The position numbers and the translations under genes are program-made. This document shows positions 10,343 through 22,603 of a stretch of 64,000 nt of DNA, one piece after another. Every line of letters starts with the position of its first letter. The stretch's first letter is position 1. Source of the stretch: Podarcis melisellensis (lineage: Eukaryota); NCBI GenBank assembly GCA_964234715.1, contig OZ174277.1. The stretch is one strand, 5' to 3'. The notes beneath the pieces are model-generated. The model saw only the letters and a program-made list of their open reading frames with translations. It was not told where the DNA came from and searched no databases.

Positions 10343-11237
10343 CAGGCATGTCCAGCTTCCATTAGGCTGCGATCTATCCAATACAAAAAACTGGCAGTGA
10401 TTTACCACACTCTCCCATTGTCATTCTTCAATTTAAATATATTATATTTGGCTGGGGAAAACCAGCCAGATGGGCAGGGTATAAATAATAAATTATGATG
10501 ATGGTGAAAAAAATAACAAATGATTACTCCCACACCAGCCCCCTCCCAGGGCCCTTGGCGCACATGGGAAGCCAACACGCTCCGAAATGTCCAATTCCTC
10601 CTTTACCAAACGAAGAGCTGGGGGGGGCCCAGCAGATTACTTTCGAGTAAACACAGCTAGGCTGGAGCTGGAAAGGTGAGGAAAGTTCCACATCCACGCA
10701 CAACTAGGAAGGAGAGGGCATTTTCTTTCCATGGGAACCAGCGGGTGGGGGGAGGGAGATTAGGGATGTAATTGTCTCTCTCAAACGCTGCCCTTCGCGT
10801 GGTTCACTCTGCAGCACTGCAGGCCAGGTGGAGTCCACGCACCTCCCTGCCCTGGGGCTTGGTTTGCAGGGGCTGACTGGGTGCCTCTGCAGCCTGTGCA
10901 GAGCCTGTGCGCCTCATCTTTGCCTCCCTGCCCCAGGGCTGCAGCTTGTAGGGGGCAGAGGCAGGCACCTCTCGCCTTTGAGGGCCAGTCACCTGACTGG
11001 CCATTGGGGAAAGCCTGCAGCTGGATCCTTGAGATGGCCAGCGCCAGCCTGAGCACTTGCTGCAGCAGCCTGACTATATGTAGCCTCGACTGCCCCTGCG
11101 GAGTTGCTCCAGTTGTGGCTAAGCATGTGCTGAGGGCACCTGGCGACCATGAGAGAGGGCGGTGGGCGGAGGCGTGCTGAGGCCTTGATCACGATCAACA
11201 AAAATCCATTGCACAATCGATGCGTTGGACATGTCTG
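10343..11237. mobile_element. Possible old hAT-type non-autonomous element
   Basis: Imperfect TIRs caggcatgtcca / ttggacatgtctg; no clean TSD. Confidence 0.35.
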
Positions 11238-11398
11238 CTGTAGATGATTCAAGCTGCATAATTGTTTGCTGCGATTCAGATAAGAGCAACAAATATGAGA
11301 ATGAGAATGAAATAAAAATAATGTAAATGTGAATGTGAAAAAAAGTGAATTTACTATTCCCAAGTCAATACTGGAGTAAGAAAGTGGCTGTGAATTAC

Positions 11399-11500
11399 CA
11401 TCTGATGATCCTTGTGGACCAGCACTTCCAGGACTGCCTTGCTCGCCCCGGTCACCCTCGGGCCCAGGAGCACCAGGGAGTCCCCAGTCACCTCTTGCAC
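11399..11500 (-). CDS. COL4A2: COL4A2 exon 19 (102 bp): (G)ARGDWGLPGAPGPEGDRGEQGSPGSAGPQGSSD
   Basis: ttttcag| ... |gtaatt; phase 1-1; GARGD start as in alpha-2(IV). Confidence 0.92.
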
Positions 11501-12357
11501 CTGAAAATATCCCCAAAGTACAGATTGGATTTCAGGCTTAAGGACACAGATATAGAGATTTATCATGTCTCCCAAATGGGCATTTAGCCACTACCCATTT
11601 TTGCTTGCATACTACACATTCTCAGAGCACAACACCCTCACAACCATAACCCAGCTGGATCAAGGTCCATGAAGAGGAATTCATTAAGTTTCTGTAGCCC
11701 ATACTGTAACCTGCTTTCTCCATCTCCCGCCAGTCCCCCAAATCTAATGTCACTGAGTCCTCTCCACACCTTGGGAAATGCTGGTTTCCCCATTGTGGCA
11801 TGGACTGTGACAAGTGGGGAGGATATGGGTACACAGCTCTGTGCCCACATTGAGTTATTAAACTCACCCGCAATAAGCTCCATTTTCTGGATTTGGACCG
11901 TTCAGTTACTTTTCGTCATGGTTTGGCTTAGTATGCCATCCTTGCATATGTAAGAGCCAGGAAAGTTTATTCTGGCCACTGCACTAATAACCCTGGCAAG
12001 TACTTCATCCTGCCACACAATATACCCTAATATGGATGTTGCCTTCTTAAACCAAAGCAATGCACATGCCTCCCAAGCAGTGGACATTGAGGAAGGTTAG
12101 TTGCCCCAAGAGGAGTCAGCCATGTCACAACTCCCACCCCACTTTACTGCATGAAAATAGTAGGCTGCATCAAACATATTCAGCTGCACTAAAAGAAGGA
12201 GTTTTGTGACTGTACTCAATGGCATGGAGTGCCAGCACCCCTTTTTTTCACACCAATTACAACCATTTTGTGCTGGCACCTGTGGAATTTTTATCAAGAT
12301 ACGACTACTATCACCTCATTTTTTAAAAAAATCGGAAGAAGGATTGAAAAGCAATAC

Positions 12358-12424
12358 CTTTTATTAGTTTGGGATATGGTGCATAAGCTGGTGGTCCTTG
12401 AGCGCCTTTGTCTCCTGGCTCTCC
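12358..12424 (-). CDS. COL4A2: COL4A2 exon 18 (67 bp): GEPGDKGAQGPPAYAPYPKLIK(G)
   Basis: acacag| ... |gtatt; PAYxPxP interruption resembles human PAYSPHPSLAK. Confidence 0.92.
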
Positions 12425-14145
12425 CTGTGTAAATGCAAATTCAGTTCACTGGTTTTATTTGTGGTTGCATGTAAAATACTTTCCTTATTCTGAACAAATA
12501 AAATAAATACAAACATCCTCCCTCATGTCACAGGAATATGTCTAAGATTGCCTCTCATTTCCCACAAATTTCTGTAATTTCTCTTTGTCATCTTTCTGCA
12601 CATGATCCATGTGAGTTAGAATGTCTGTACCAAAGCAAATTATTGCTAAAATGAATATATTTTAGGAGTGTCATCTCCTCTGGAGTGAGCAACACATTGA
12701 AACCTCCTATCTTCATTAAAGATGGATGCTGTATTTCTTTTTTCTTTTCTTTTTATTCTTGTAAAAGGTAAAAATAACATTTACTCACTCGGAATCCTTG
12801 TTGAAGAGTAACAAATACAGCAGCTTTTTTCAGGCAGGCTTAAAATGGTAATTCAGTTAAAAAGACATACTTAAGTCTAACATAAAATGGAGTCTGAATT
12901 TGGAGCTCAGTCACAGCAGGTGTTTTCACATTGCTGGTAGAGTGGAAGAAGAATGGCAAGGGCAGGAGGTAGGAGGGTGAGGTCTGCGACAGGGGAGAGA
13001 CTGGGCTGGAACCATCCAGGAAGGCCTCTGCCTGACCCCACAACCCCAAACATTTTTTGAAATGTTAAGATATTCTTATCTTGAAGTTTTCTCATTTGTA
13101 TTGTTCGTATTTGAATTTGTGGTTTACTTAGAGGCTTTTGGGGGGCAAAATAAATAAAGAGTAATGTAACATAAAAAGTTCCAATTTCATCAAGCTGCGC
13201 TGTCTTGGGCACCACTTGCTCCACCCTGGGATGGACTCGGCTGGTAAGGAAAGCAGTCGGCACCAGGGTACAAACGTATCTTCCACAGCACACAGGGCAG
13301 TTCATGGATCTCTCACAGGCATAGTTCATATATAAAACTTAAACCATGCTTTTTTCAATCACTGTTTATTAAACCATGATTTAGCGTTATTTGTGAACCT
13401 AGCCCAGCATCTTAACTATGCTTTATTAACTATGGTTAAGAGTTGCTTTCAAGTTAATGTTTGCAGTTGGTTTGGACATTTACCACTGGATTATGTGTGA
13501 CCCTGAACCTTCTCCTTAAGCAGCTGTCAATACCCAGAAGCTACAGAGAGAAGAGCAGCAAAACATTCAGCTACATTCCAGGCTCAGCAGCTCTCACTGG
13601 TGCTTTTAACAATTCTGTTTAAGTGATTGTCGGCCAGATGCCTGAGCTTTAACTAACACTTATTAAATACAGCTAACATTGACTGTATGAACCAACCCAC
13701 TGACATCCCTCCAGCTTGTTCTTGGCAGGTCTCTCCTTTCATGGACACTCAGGCCAACCCCCTCCATTGCAGTAGACATGTGGGCTGCATCTTCCTTCCT
13801 GCCTGGAATGTCCAGGTTTGGTTTCATTTGCCATACTGGGATTGTCTGGTTTACCCAAGCCCCACTCTTCCATCTGCGCTTGGGTGCTATGCAGTTGTTG
13901 TACCTCTTGCCTGGGTCCCATGACTGGCCAGGCTCTCTTGTGCTTTCCTATGGGGTCCGGAGTATAGTGAAGGAATGAAGGAGTGCACAGGTGATCCCCT
14001 ACAAGGTGTTTCTCACCTTCACCAGGCCACAACACTTGGGATTATTGACCAATGAAGCACAGAATTTGAAAAGAGCCCTTCTATACAACTTGCTCTATCC
14101 CTGGAATTAATATTGTGCAAGCAACATATTAGAATAACAAGCTAC

Positions 14146-14199
14146 CTTAGTTCCTTTTTGACCAGGTATGCCAGGGAAGCCATCAGGTCCTGGGAAACC
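14146..14199 (-). CDS. COL4A2: COL4A2 exon 17 (54 bp): GFPGPDGFPGIPGQKGTK
   Basis: ttcag| ... |gtagct; six Gly-X-Y triplets. Confidence 0.9.
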
Positions 14200-14677
14200 C
14201 TGAAATACAGTTCAAAACAATTGAAAGTACTTTCATGATTTTATCAAAACTCCATAGAAAATCTTTCATGCTTCCCCTCTCACCTAAATTCACTCTCTAA
14301 ACTCTCTCCCCCCCCCCATTTGTTAGTTGCTGCTGTCACCTTTTTAAGATAAACTTTCTGGATATTGCACTGCAGCAGAGGAAGAGGTGGGAACTAAGAC
14401 CATTTTGTTGGCTCTGCTAAAGGAGCAGCTCCACAGGGCGCTTGAACTGTTTTCATCCACACAGCCTCATATAACCAACATGCAAAAGTCTAATGAATGC
14501 ATGAAGAGGTTAATACCATACAGTAAGCTGTCCTGCCAGGCTTAGCTAAGTCCACTTCCCCTCACCTTGGGAGGGTACAAGTGGAGAGGGGAAGGAGATG
14601 GAATGGGAATTTCCCCTCCAGCTAGTTCCTTATTTCAAGATCCAAGCCACAATCTGATTTCAGGGCTACAAACTTAC

Positions 14678-14722
14678 CACATCCCCTTCTGTTCCAGTGA
14701 GACCGTTGATTCCTGGCAAACC
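14678..14722 (-). CDS. COL4A2: COL4A2 exon 16 (45 bp): GLPGINGLTGTEGDV
   Basis: catag| ... |gtaagt; five triplets. Confidence 0.9.
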
Positions 14723-14810
14723 CTATGAAATCATAGTTGGTTATTTGTTTGTTTGTTTGTTTGTTTGTTTGTTTCCCTGTCCTTCCTCCCACAGGAGCCC
14801 AGGGTAGTAA

Positions 14811-15159
14811 AGGTAAAGGGACCCCTGACCATTAGGTCCAGTCGTGGCCGACTCTGGGGTTGCAGCACTCATCTTGCTTTATTGGCTGAGGGAGCCGGCG
14901 TACAGCTTCCGGGTCATGTGGCCAGCATGACTAAGCCGCTTCTGGCGAACCAGAGCAGCACACAGAAATGTTGTTTACCTTCCCACCGGAGCGGTACCTA
15001 TTTATCTACTTGCACTTTGAGGTGCTTTCGAACTGCTAGGTTGGCAGGAGCTGAGACCGAGCAACGGGAGCTCACCCCGTCGCGGGGATTCGAACCGCCG
15101 ACCTTCTGATTGGCAAGTCCTAGGCTCTGTGGTTTAACCCACAGCACCACCCGCATCCC
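14811..15159 (-). mobile_element. Sauria SINE, full length
   Basis: tRNA-like head with GGTTCGAATCC B box, (ACCTTT)n tail, TSD cagggtagtaa. Confidence 0.92.
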
Positions 15160-15452
15160 CAGGGTAGTAACTATCAAAATGTTAAAGCAAAACAATCTAA
15201 AACAAAACCATATAAAACCATTTAAAAATAAGTTAGAACTAAAAAACATATACAAACAAATACATGTCCTCATAGTTACTAATTTCACATTTGTTGTGTA
15301 ATTACCAGTCATCAAATGCCCTGGTGAACAGGAATGTTTTTTCTATTTCCCCTGAAAGTCAATAGTGAGGAAGCCACCTTGTAGAGTTAGAAAGAACCAC
15401 AAGAGCCATCTAGTCCAACCCTCTGCAATCCAGGGTACTAACGGGGGGCTTT

Positions 15453-15496
<44 letters not shown>
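15453..15496 (+). repeat. (CAA)n microsatellite
   Basis: Direct reading of the sequence. Confidence 0.9.
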
Positions 15497-15497
<1 letters not shown>

Positions 15498-15774
15498 TAA
15501 TTTCTACCCCATTATTTGAACTCGCAAGCCTTAGACTAAGGGTCTCATGCTATCCCACCACGGGGGGAATTCGTTTCTGATGCCAAAGATGGTAAAAACC
15601 CAGAACCAACAGTATCACCCAAAATAAAATTTGACCGGATGCATTTTCTAAATCCACACCACCCAAAATGTAACATTTAATTGTGACAGTCTCTGATGAT
15701 CTGGTAGAATGACAGGGAAAATATCATATTGAGAATGGCAAACAATTTGCTCCTTATTTTGACCAGATACTTAC

Positions 15775-15837
15775 TCTTTGTCCTGTAAAGCCTGTTATTC
15801 CTTCCTCTCCCTTTTCTGCTGAAAGTGCATGATGACC
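15775..15837 (-). CDS. COL4A2: COL4A2 exon 15 (63 bp): GHHALSAEKGEEGITGFTGQR
   Basis: Polypyrimidine tract, ttag| ... |gtaagt; KGEEGI motif conserved with human. Confidence 0.9.
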
Positions 15838-16346
15838 CTAACAAACAAAGAAAGAAAGAACTATTTGCTCTGATTTAACATCACAATTATATTTAGCACG
15901 ATAATAAAATTGTACGCATTGCTCCTTCTGGCAACTCCTGCAGCCAAAGGCTGAGAGATGGGACCTGTTGTCTGAGCTGCCCAGGACCTTCAGACATACA
16001 GGCCAGGCTTGTACTACGAATGCAGTGGTTTGACTTCACCCCAAAAGTCATACTCCATTGTCTCTCAAGACAGATGAATGCCAACAATCAAATTGCATGG
16101 AGAGGATCTTGACAATAGCAGAGAGCATTTCCATGAACAGGTATGGGCCAAACATACTCTCCAAAGCGTATGTTTGTCCTGTTCATATTTAAAGCACAGG
16201 CCTCCCTTTTACAACAAAAAAGAGTGTGAGAGGGAAGCCTCCCCAGTGAGCTTTGCTGTCTGCTGCTGCTTTAAAGCAGTTTTCTCCAGTCCTGCTTATA
16301 TTACAACTGAGCCAAGCAGGAAGAACTTTGCATAGAGATAGGAAGT

Positions 16347-17443
16347 TGTGATGGGTGATAAAGCGCCTCAAAATTCCAGCAGAGGGCTGAAGCCTCTCTC
16401 GGATTGGCTGCCAGAGGGGAGGGGCGGAGCAGCACTTTCGGAGGGAAAATAACAGGCGCTGTTTCTGAGGAAGAAGTTGGACAGGGCTTGGTTGGGATGG
16501 GAGAAAGGGATGAGGAGAGGATTTGACTGAGCGGCACATCCGCTCGGAGGAGACTCTCTCTAGCCAGAGGAAGGAGCCTCGCAGTCTGGCTAGGAAGAGC
16601 GGGTGGAGGGTCTGGGGAAAGTCTTCTGACAGGAACTAACTGGAGGGCTGAGTCTGAGCCAGGAGAGGGAGAAGAAGATGGGGGAAGACAGACGAAAGCG
16701 GGGTCTCCTTCCAGGCGGGAGGGGAGAGATCTTCTAGGCCAGAGCTTTCCAGACTTTTCATCTTGATGACCCACTTGTCAGAGATGCCTCGTTCCGATTT
16801 ACTAGCAAACGGGAGGCTAAACAAAGCCCTTTCTAGCCCCGGAAGGAGCGCAGGGAGCATTGCTCTCTTCTTGGCAAAGAAGACCCCTAAGCCAGGAACA
16901 AGGGGGAGGGGACCCCCTGGGTCTGTTGTACTATTTGAAAATAGCTCAGTAGTGGGATGGCTAAGAGGGAAAGTGCTCCTTTGCTCAGGAACCAAATTAA
17001 TAAACTGTGTTTAAAGGAATGACCTTAAGCATCTGCCTGAACTAACCATAAAGACCTAAAAAGCAGTAACAGAAACTGAAGTGTAACAACAGATTATGAG
17101 TAAATTTAAGGGAATTTAAGAGTAGCTGTGCCTGTAGTGTTGTGTTTAAGCCTGTGACATCTTTATACTTAGTTTAAGTAATAAATTAACTTCTACCTGA
17201 AAGAACACGTCTCCTGACTCAAATTTGTTTCACAAACTTTTTGTAAATAAAACTTTTCTTGTTTGATCAACTCCTGCCTAAGACTTGAAATTACTAGGTT
17301 TTCCTCACACAAGACCTGTGGTAAATTGTAGACTTTCAATTAATTGGCATACTGTGAGATGGGTCTGCTATATTTAATTGGGGGCAGTTAGAGGGGTGAA
17401 TCTGCTACATATTAATTGGGAGTTAGCGGTGGGATCCGCTACA
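16347..17443 (+). mobile_element. Solo LTR (1097 bp)
   Basis: TGT...ACA termini with a perfect 5-bp TSD GAAGT (16342-16346 and 17444-17448); ATTGG at 16403, GC box at 16421, AATAAA at 17246. Confidence 0.85.
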
Positions 17444-18659
17444 GAAGTGCATCAAGATAGTGAGGATCCCACATGCTTTCCCTTTCCCTTTATGAAATAG
17501 ATCCTCCTCTACTTTAATAATTTTTAACAGTGAAATAGCTCCATAAACAATGGAGGAAACCGCAATTAAAATCTCCTCATGTAGGAACAGAAACTAATGC
17601 TGTGGCAAACAAAATGAACTAATGAAGGGGCAACTAAGAGGCTATTAATCACAAACCACTAATGTATATCCAACAAGTAATAAAATTAGTTGAATGAAAG
17701 AACAGAACATATTTAATAACAGACACCAGAGCCCTTAAAAGTCTCAATCATGTTTCGCCTGGTGCTGTAATTGCATTTCATTATAAAAATGGCTGCAACT
17801 CAGGTCTGAACATGCATGGGAGAACAATGAAGGCAATACTGGACTGCAACAGGTTGACAATTTCATTGGAAGAGAAAGGTGGATCAGGTGGAGGCCTCAT
17901 CCATTCCCGCCTGAACTTTTTATGTCCCACAAAGACCCCACTGATTTTGGAGGTGTCAGCAAAAGGTTAAAACCAACATCATTTCAGTAACCGCAGTGGT
18001 GGAATGCACAGAGCCCACTTTGCTAATCTGGGTGCCATCTGCCCTCTCCTAATCACATAAATCCTTTGATAAAACTCAGAGCTGGCCCAAGATGCTTTGG
18101 CACTTGAGGAAAGCCACAAAATGGTGCTGCCACCCCCACCAACAAAAAAGGGGTGAGTTAAGATCCACATCAGGAACAAGTGGGCAATAAAGATCTACAT
18201 CAGAAACAAGAGGGGAATAAAATCAACCTTATTCGACAGCTGAAGTGGGAATCAAAGGTGATTGTTTTGGGGGGGAGACGAGGCCCCCTCTTAATCACAC
18301 TGGATGTATGCAGACCCCAGGAGACCCCAGAGGGCAGCCCCTCCTATTTGCCATGAGGCTACTGTAGAGGTGGCACGGGGGGGCACTGAGGCAGTGGCAG
18401 AGCCAGCCTCCAAGGATTGCACCACAGTCATTGCTACTACTGTGGCGGCTGCAGCGGGTGATGCCCCTGTGGATCCAGCAGCCTCACTTTCCTTATGGGT
18501 GGACTGGCTCTGTCCCAGATCAACTGATCTGCATAAATCAGGAGATGAGGGGGGCTGTGTGCATGTGACAGTGTGCCTGAGTTTACCTGAGAGGATGAGG
18601 GGGCCACCTCCTATTGGGATACATTATACAAAGGAAAGGGAAAGCTGAGTGTAGTCGGA

Positions 18660-18930
18660 CATGCACTCTGACTTTAAGAAATGTGATTGCAGGGAGAAGG
18701 CAGGCAGGTAGGCCAAAGCTCAGAAGGAGCTCAGGCTTGCAAGAGAGGTTAAAAATAATTTCTAAAGGTTTATTCGGATATATTCAAAGCGGGAGGAAGA
18801 ACAAAGAAGTAATAGTTCATCCATGTGGAGAAGATGGAGAAATGCTACTGGGTGGCAGAGAGAAGCCAGAACTGCTTGACACCGACTTTGTTCCTGTCTT
18901 CTCCCAAAATAAAAACAGTGTACAACCTGG
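18660..18930 (+). mobile_element. Old CR1 ORF2 fragment
   Basis: Similar to the KAKAQNELRLAREVK...LLNAFFASVFS segment of the CR1 at 24200-24410. Confidence 0.65.
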
Positions 18931-19079
18931 TGATCATAACCAATCCATTTCAAAAGGGAGAAACAAAATGGATGAATCAAAGTAGGGCGTATGGTGCCTT
19001 TGCTCTTTCCCATTGACATACTACTGATTATATTGAACACAGGAGTATAATTCTGCTGCATTTCTTTCTGTGTACTTAC

Positions 19080-19124
19080 CGGAATTCCAGCTTCTCCCCT
19101 AATTCCTTTTATTCCTTTCTCACC
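19080..19124 (-). CDS. COL4A2: COL4A2 exon 14 (45 bp): GEKGIKGIRGEAGIP
   Basis: gttag| ... |gtaagt; five triplets. Confidence 0.9.
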
Positions 19125-20526
19125 CTAACAATATATAAAAAAGAACAGTTAATGCTTGAGCAAGACATTTGTATTATTCAAAAATCAAATTTAGAGTTCT
19201 GTCCTAGGCTAAATTTACACTGGATAGAATATTTGGATGCAAGTAACCTGTGACAGTGCATCTTTAATACACTGACAGTGTGTTCCCAGTGCTGGTATAA
19301 TGTCAGTATGCAATGCCACCAGCAGAGGAGCCAAAATGGATCAGTACTAGGAACAGACAGTACCCAGTTTGAATCCTTGCATGCAGAGCCAAACACTGGC
19401 ATTACATTACATGAGGAGAGAAGGTATTATAAAATAAAAGAATCTTGCTGAACCTAATGGAAAGCAAAACATTGCCTCTGTCTCTTCCTACTCCACCCAC
19501 GGTGCAACAAAGGAGCATAGGACTCAAATGAATTCTGTACCCAAACACACCCACAACTGCATGTAAATCCTGGTCAAAATTCATCACTCAGATGCGAAGG
19601 CACAAAACTCTCTCTCTGGCTGCATGTCATGCAGATTTAGAGCAGACATGTGGAATCTGCTTTGTTTTTTACCAGAACCCTGAGATCTACCAGGAATCAG
19701 AGCCAGGAATTCTGAGTCCACTAATTTGCTGAGTTTAAGAACTGAATGTTACTTGCAGTCCTTCCAGAAAAGAAATCCATCCCTTGTTATCACCTCACAC
19801 CCCAGCCAGCTTTTTTTCATTTCCGCAGTATAACATGGGGAGGTGGAGAATCATTGTGTTGTTGACTGATAAAAAACCTTTATTGTCTACTTCGAATTGC
19901 TTGGAGATGTACTGTCAGATCCTAATCCAGTGGTGGCGAACCTATGGCATGTGTGCCAGAGAGGGCACTCAGAGCCCTCTCTGTGGGCACGTGCACTGTT
20001 GTCCCAGCAGGGCCGTAGCTTCCGTGCGAGGGGGGGGGGAGAGGAGGGCTCGTGTGCACTGTCCAAAGCCTGCAGCAACAGGGCCTGGAGAGCATCAAGG
20101 GGCTGAGCAGGCATTGACTTTTAATGCGCCAGGGCCTCCTACTAGTCTGTTTTTCCTACTCGGGAAAAGCCTCCTTAAGTTCAGCAGGACTTAACTCCCA
20201 GGTCAGTAAGCGTATAAAGATGGCAACCTAAGAAGGGGCTGCTGAGTTTACATGTTCACTGGGCTTTCCCGCAGAAGCCAACAGAGAAATTCATTCCGTG
20301 GAGGCTGTGATCAAACGGCAGCCGAAGAAATAGCAAAATATAATAATAATAATATATTTATGCCCTGCCCATCCGGTTGGGTTTATTTATTTATTTATAT
20401 TTATTTATTTGTATGTGCACACGCAGACAATCATTATTATCTCATATTAAAAATTGGGAGAGGGTGGCTCTTAGTGCAGTCTTCCAGTGTACACTAGGGG
20501 CCAAAATTGTGGAACCTCTTGGAAAA

Positions 20527-20641
20527 CCTCTTAGAACCTCTGTGTATCTGAAGAAGTGTGCATGCACACGAAAGCTCATACCAAGAACTAACTTAGTTGG
20601 TCTTTAAGGTGCTACTGGAAGAAAAAAAAATTTTGTTTTGA
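20527..20641 (+). mobile_element. Penelope-like element terminal fragment carrying a hammerhead motif
   Basis: 11-bp direct repeats ctcttggaaaa (20516-20526 and 20642-20652); the hammerhead motif is followed by ...ttagttggtctttaaggtgctac, resembling vertebrate PLE termini as recalled. Confidence 0.7.
20544..20581 (+). ncRNA. Minimal type I hammerhead ribozyme motif
   Basis: GUAU-CUGAAGA-A-GUGUGCAUGCACAC-GAAA-GC-UC^-AUAC: conserved core, palindromic stem II, AGCU stem III, GUAU/AUAC stem I. Confidence 0.75.
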
Positions 20642-20695
20642 CTCTTGGAAAAAATGTTTGATGGCTCATAATACCATTTTGATTTGGAGTAATAC

Positions 20696-20875
20696 CAGTG
20701 CTTTTTTCTGTAGGGATGCAGAGGGATGCATACCCCTAAACATTTTGTGAATTTAAAGGAAGAAGAAATTCACTCTATTTATTTCCCCCGATTTGAGCTG
20801 TATTTTCCCCCGGTGATGATTTTCTTGAGTCAAAATGAGAGTACCCCTAAACATTCTTTTTAGAAAAAAGCACTG
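20696..20875. mobile_element. hAT MITE
   Basis: 14-bp TIR cagtgcttttttct / agaaaaaagcactg; 8-bp TSD agtaatac / agttatac. Confidence 0.85.
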
Positions 20876-21655
20876 AGTTATACCATAAAATTATATATCA
20901 ACGGAAAGTTAATTTAATGAAGAACGCAATGCAATAACTTTTATGAAGGATTATTTATTACAACAGCAGTCATAAAGAAGAAACGTGAAACATACAGAAA
21001 AAAATGAGATATACAGGTTAAACTGCCGCGTTGGCAATTGATAAATAAGTGGGTTTTGGGTTGCAGTTTGGGCACTCGGTCTCCTATATTTTGCCCATCC
21101 CTGACTTAGGACATGTAAGAAGAACTTACATGCTGAGAACCATGGAAAAAGACCCTATGCATAGTTAAAGGACAAAGCACCCACACAGCTAAAGCAAGGA
21201 AAGGGGGAGTCCACGATTCAGTCTGGTTGCAGGGTTGTTTCTTTGTTTTTTGTTTAAAGCACTATACGGTCAGAACACAGATCTTTGGTCAGTCATTTCT
21301 TGACATGTATTTTAACTAGCAAAATTTCTGGAGTAAAACCTTGTACCAACATTGGAGAGATCTTGGCTGTACAAGATACAGAATATTTCTGGAATGATTC
21401 TGTGATTATTTAATCACAATAGAAAATACAAAGATATTAAATTCTTAAGATTAGGGTTTCATTTAAAAATATGTTTTGGAAGGAAATCTAGCCAGATTAT
21501 TCTTTTATTTCATTTACAGTATATGAGATATGGCCACAGGATAATATTCACCTGCTATTTTGATGAATAAGAGCACTCAGGAAACATGCTTTGCTAGTTT
21601 CTGTACTCTATGAAATGAGTAACTGGAAGTAATTTTCCGTAAGATTTCTTATTAC

Positions 21656-21742
21656 CTTATATTCACTTGAAATTACATCTGTTGAAGTGACAAACTCTCC
21701 TGTTGATGGACGCCCAGGTAGACCAGGGGGCCCAATATCACC
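21656..21742 (-). CDS. COL4A2: COL4A2 exon 13 (87 bp): GDIGPPGLPGRPSTGEFVTSTDVISSEYK
   Basis: ctgcag| ... |gtaat; Gly-X-Y followed by an interruption ending in YK, as in human. Confidence 0.9.
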
Positions 21743-21824
21743 CTGCAGGAAAGCCACAATAATATAGTCAACAATAAGTAAAATAAAGGTTTAAAAGTGG
21801 TAGTACATTTTTTGAACTACACCA

Positions 21825-21827
<3 letters not shown>

Positions 21828-21873
<46 letters not shown>
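21828..21873 (+). repeat. (AAT)n microsatellite
   Basis: Direct reading of the sequence. Confidence 0.9.
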
Positions 21874-21874
<1 letters not shown>

Positions 21875-22603
21875 TCCCACCCTCCCCAGCCGAAGCCGGG
21901 CTCAGAGCGGCTAACAACAGTAAAAATAACATAGTTTATGAATGAACACCATAAAGAGAACAGTCATATGTTATACTGATTTCAAATTTGAAAAGCTGGA
22001 GGATCTGCTGCTTTTGGTATATAAATATACAGATTTGGTATATAAATATACCAAAGTGCTAAGGACAACAAATGAATTTTGGCCTCCTCATCTCAGGAAG
22101 GATTCCATGTGACAAAACTTGAATTGCGTTATAACTCTTCAAGTACTATAAATGTTACTTTTGTTTGCTTTTCCTGGGGTTTCACTTTCGGTGTGGCTTC
22201 GCTTTTAAATCATCAATACAATTTCCTGCTAAAGAAGATCCTTTGAGGTCTAACATATTTCTCCTTTTGATATTGTATTTTATATATATGCACTGCCCTA
22301 TTATTTTAGGTTCTCCAATGTTCTTTATTGTAGATTGATATTTTGGTTGATGGTGTAGATAAATTTAGCTTAATATATTACATGCTGTTTCTATATTTGT
22401 TCGTTTATGCTACAACTCCTATCACCCCTGACCATTGCCCTTGCAGACTGTGGGTGACTGCAGTTCAGAATCCAAAAGCGCCTGAATCTCTTCCCTATGA
22501 GCAAGTTAAATGATTTTAGAAAACATGACTATGAGGACATCATGAATAATTATAGAATTATGCATGGTGTGGACAGAGATTGTTCTCCATGTCTCACAGT
22601 ACT

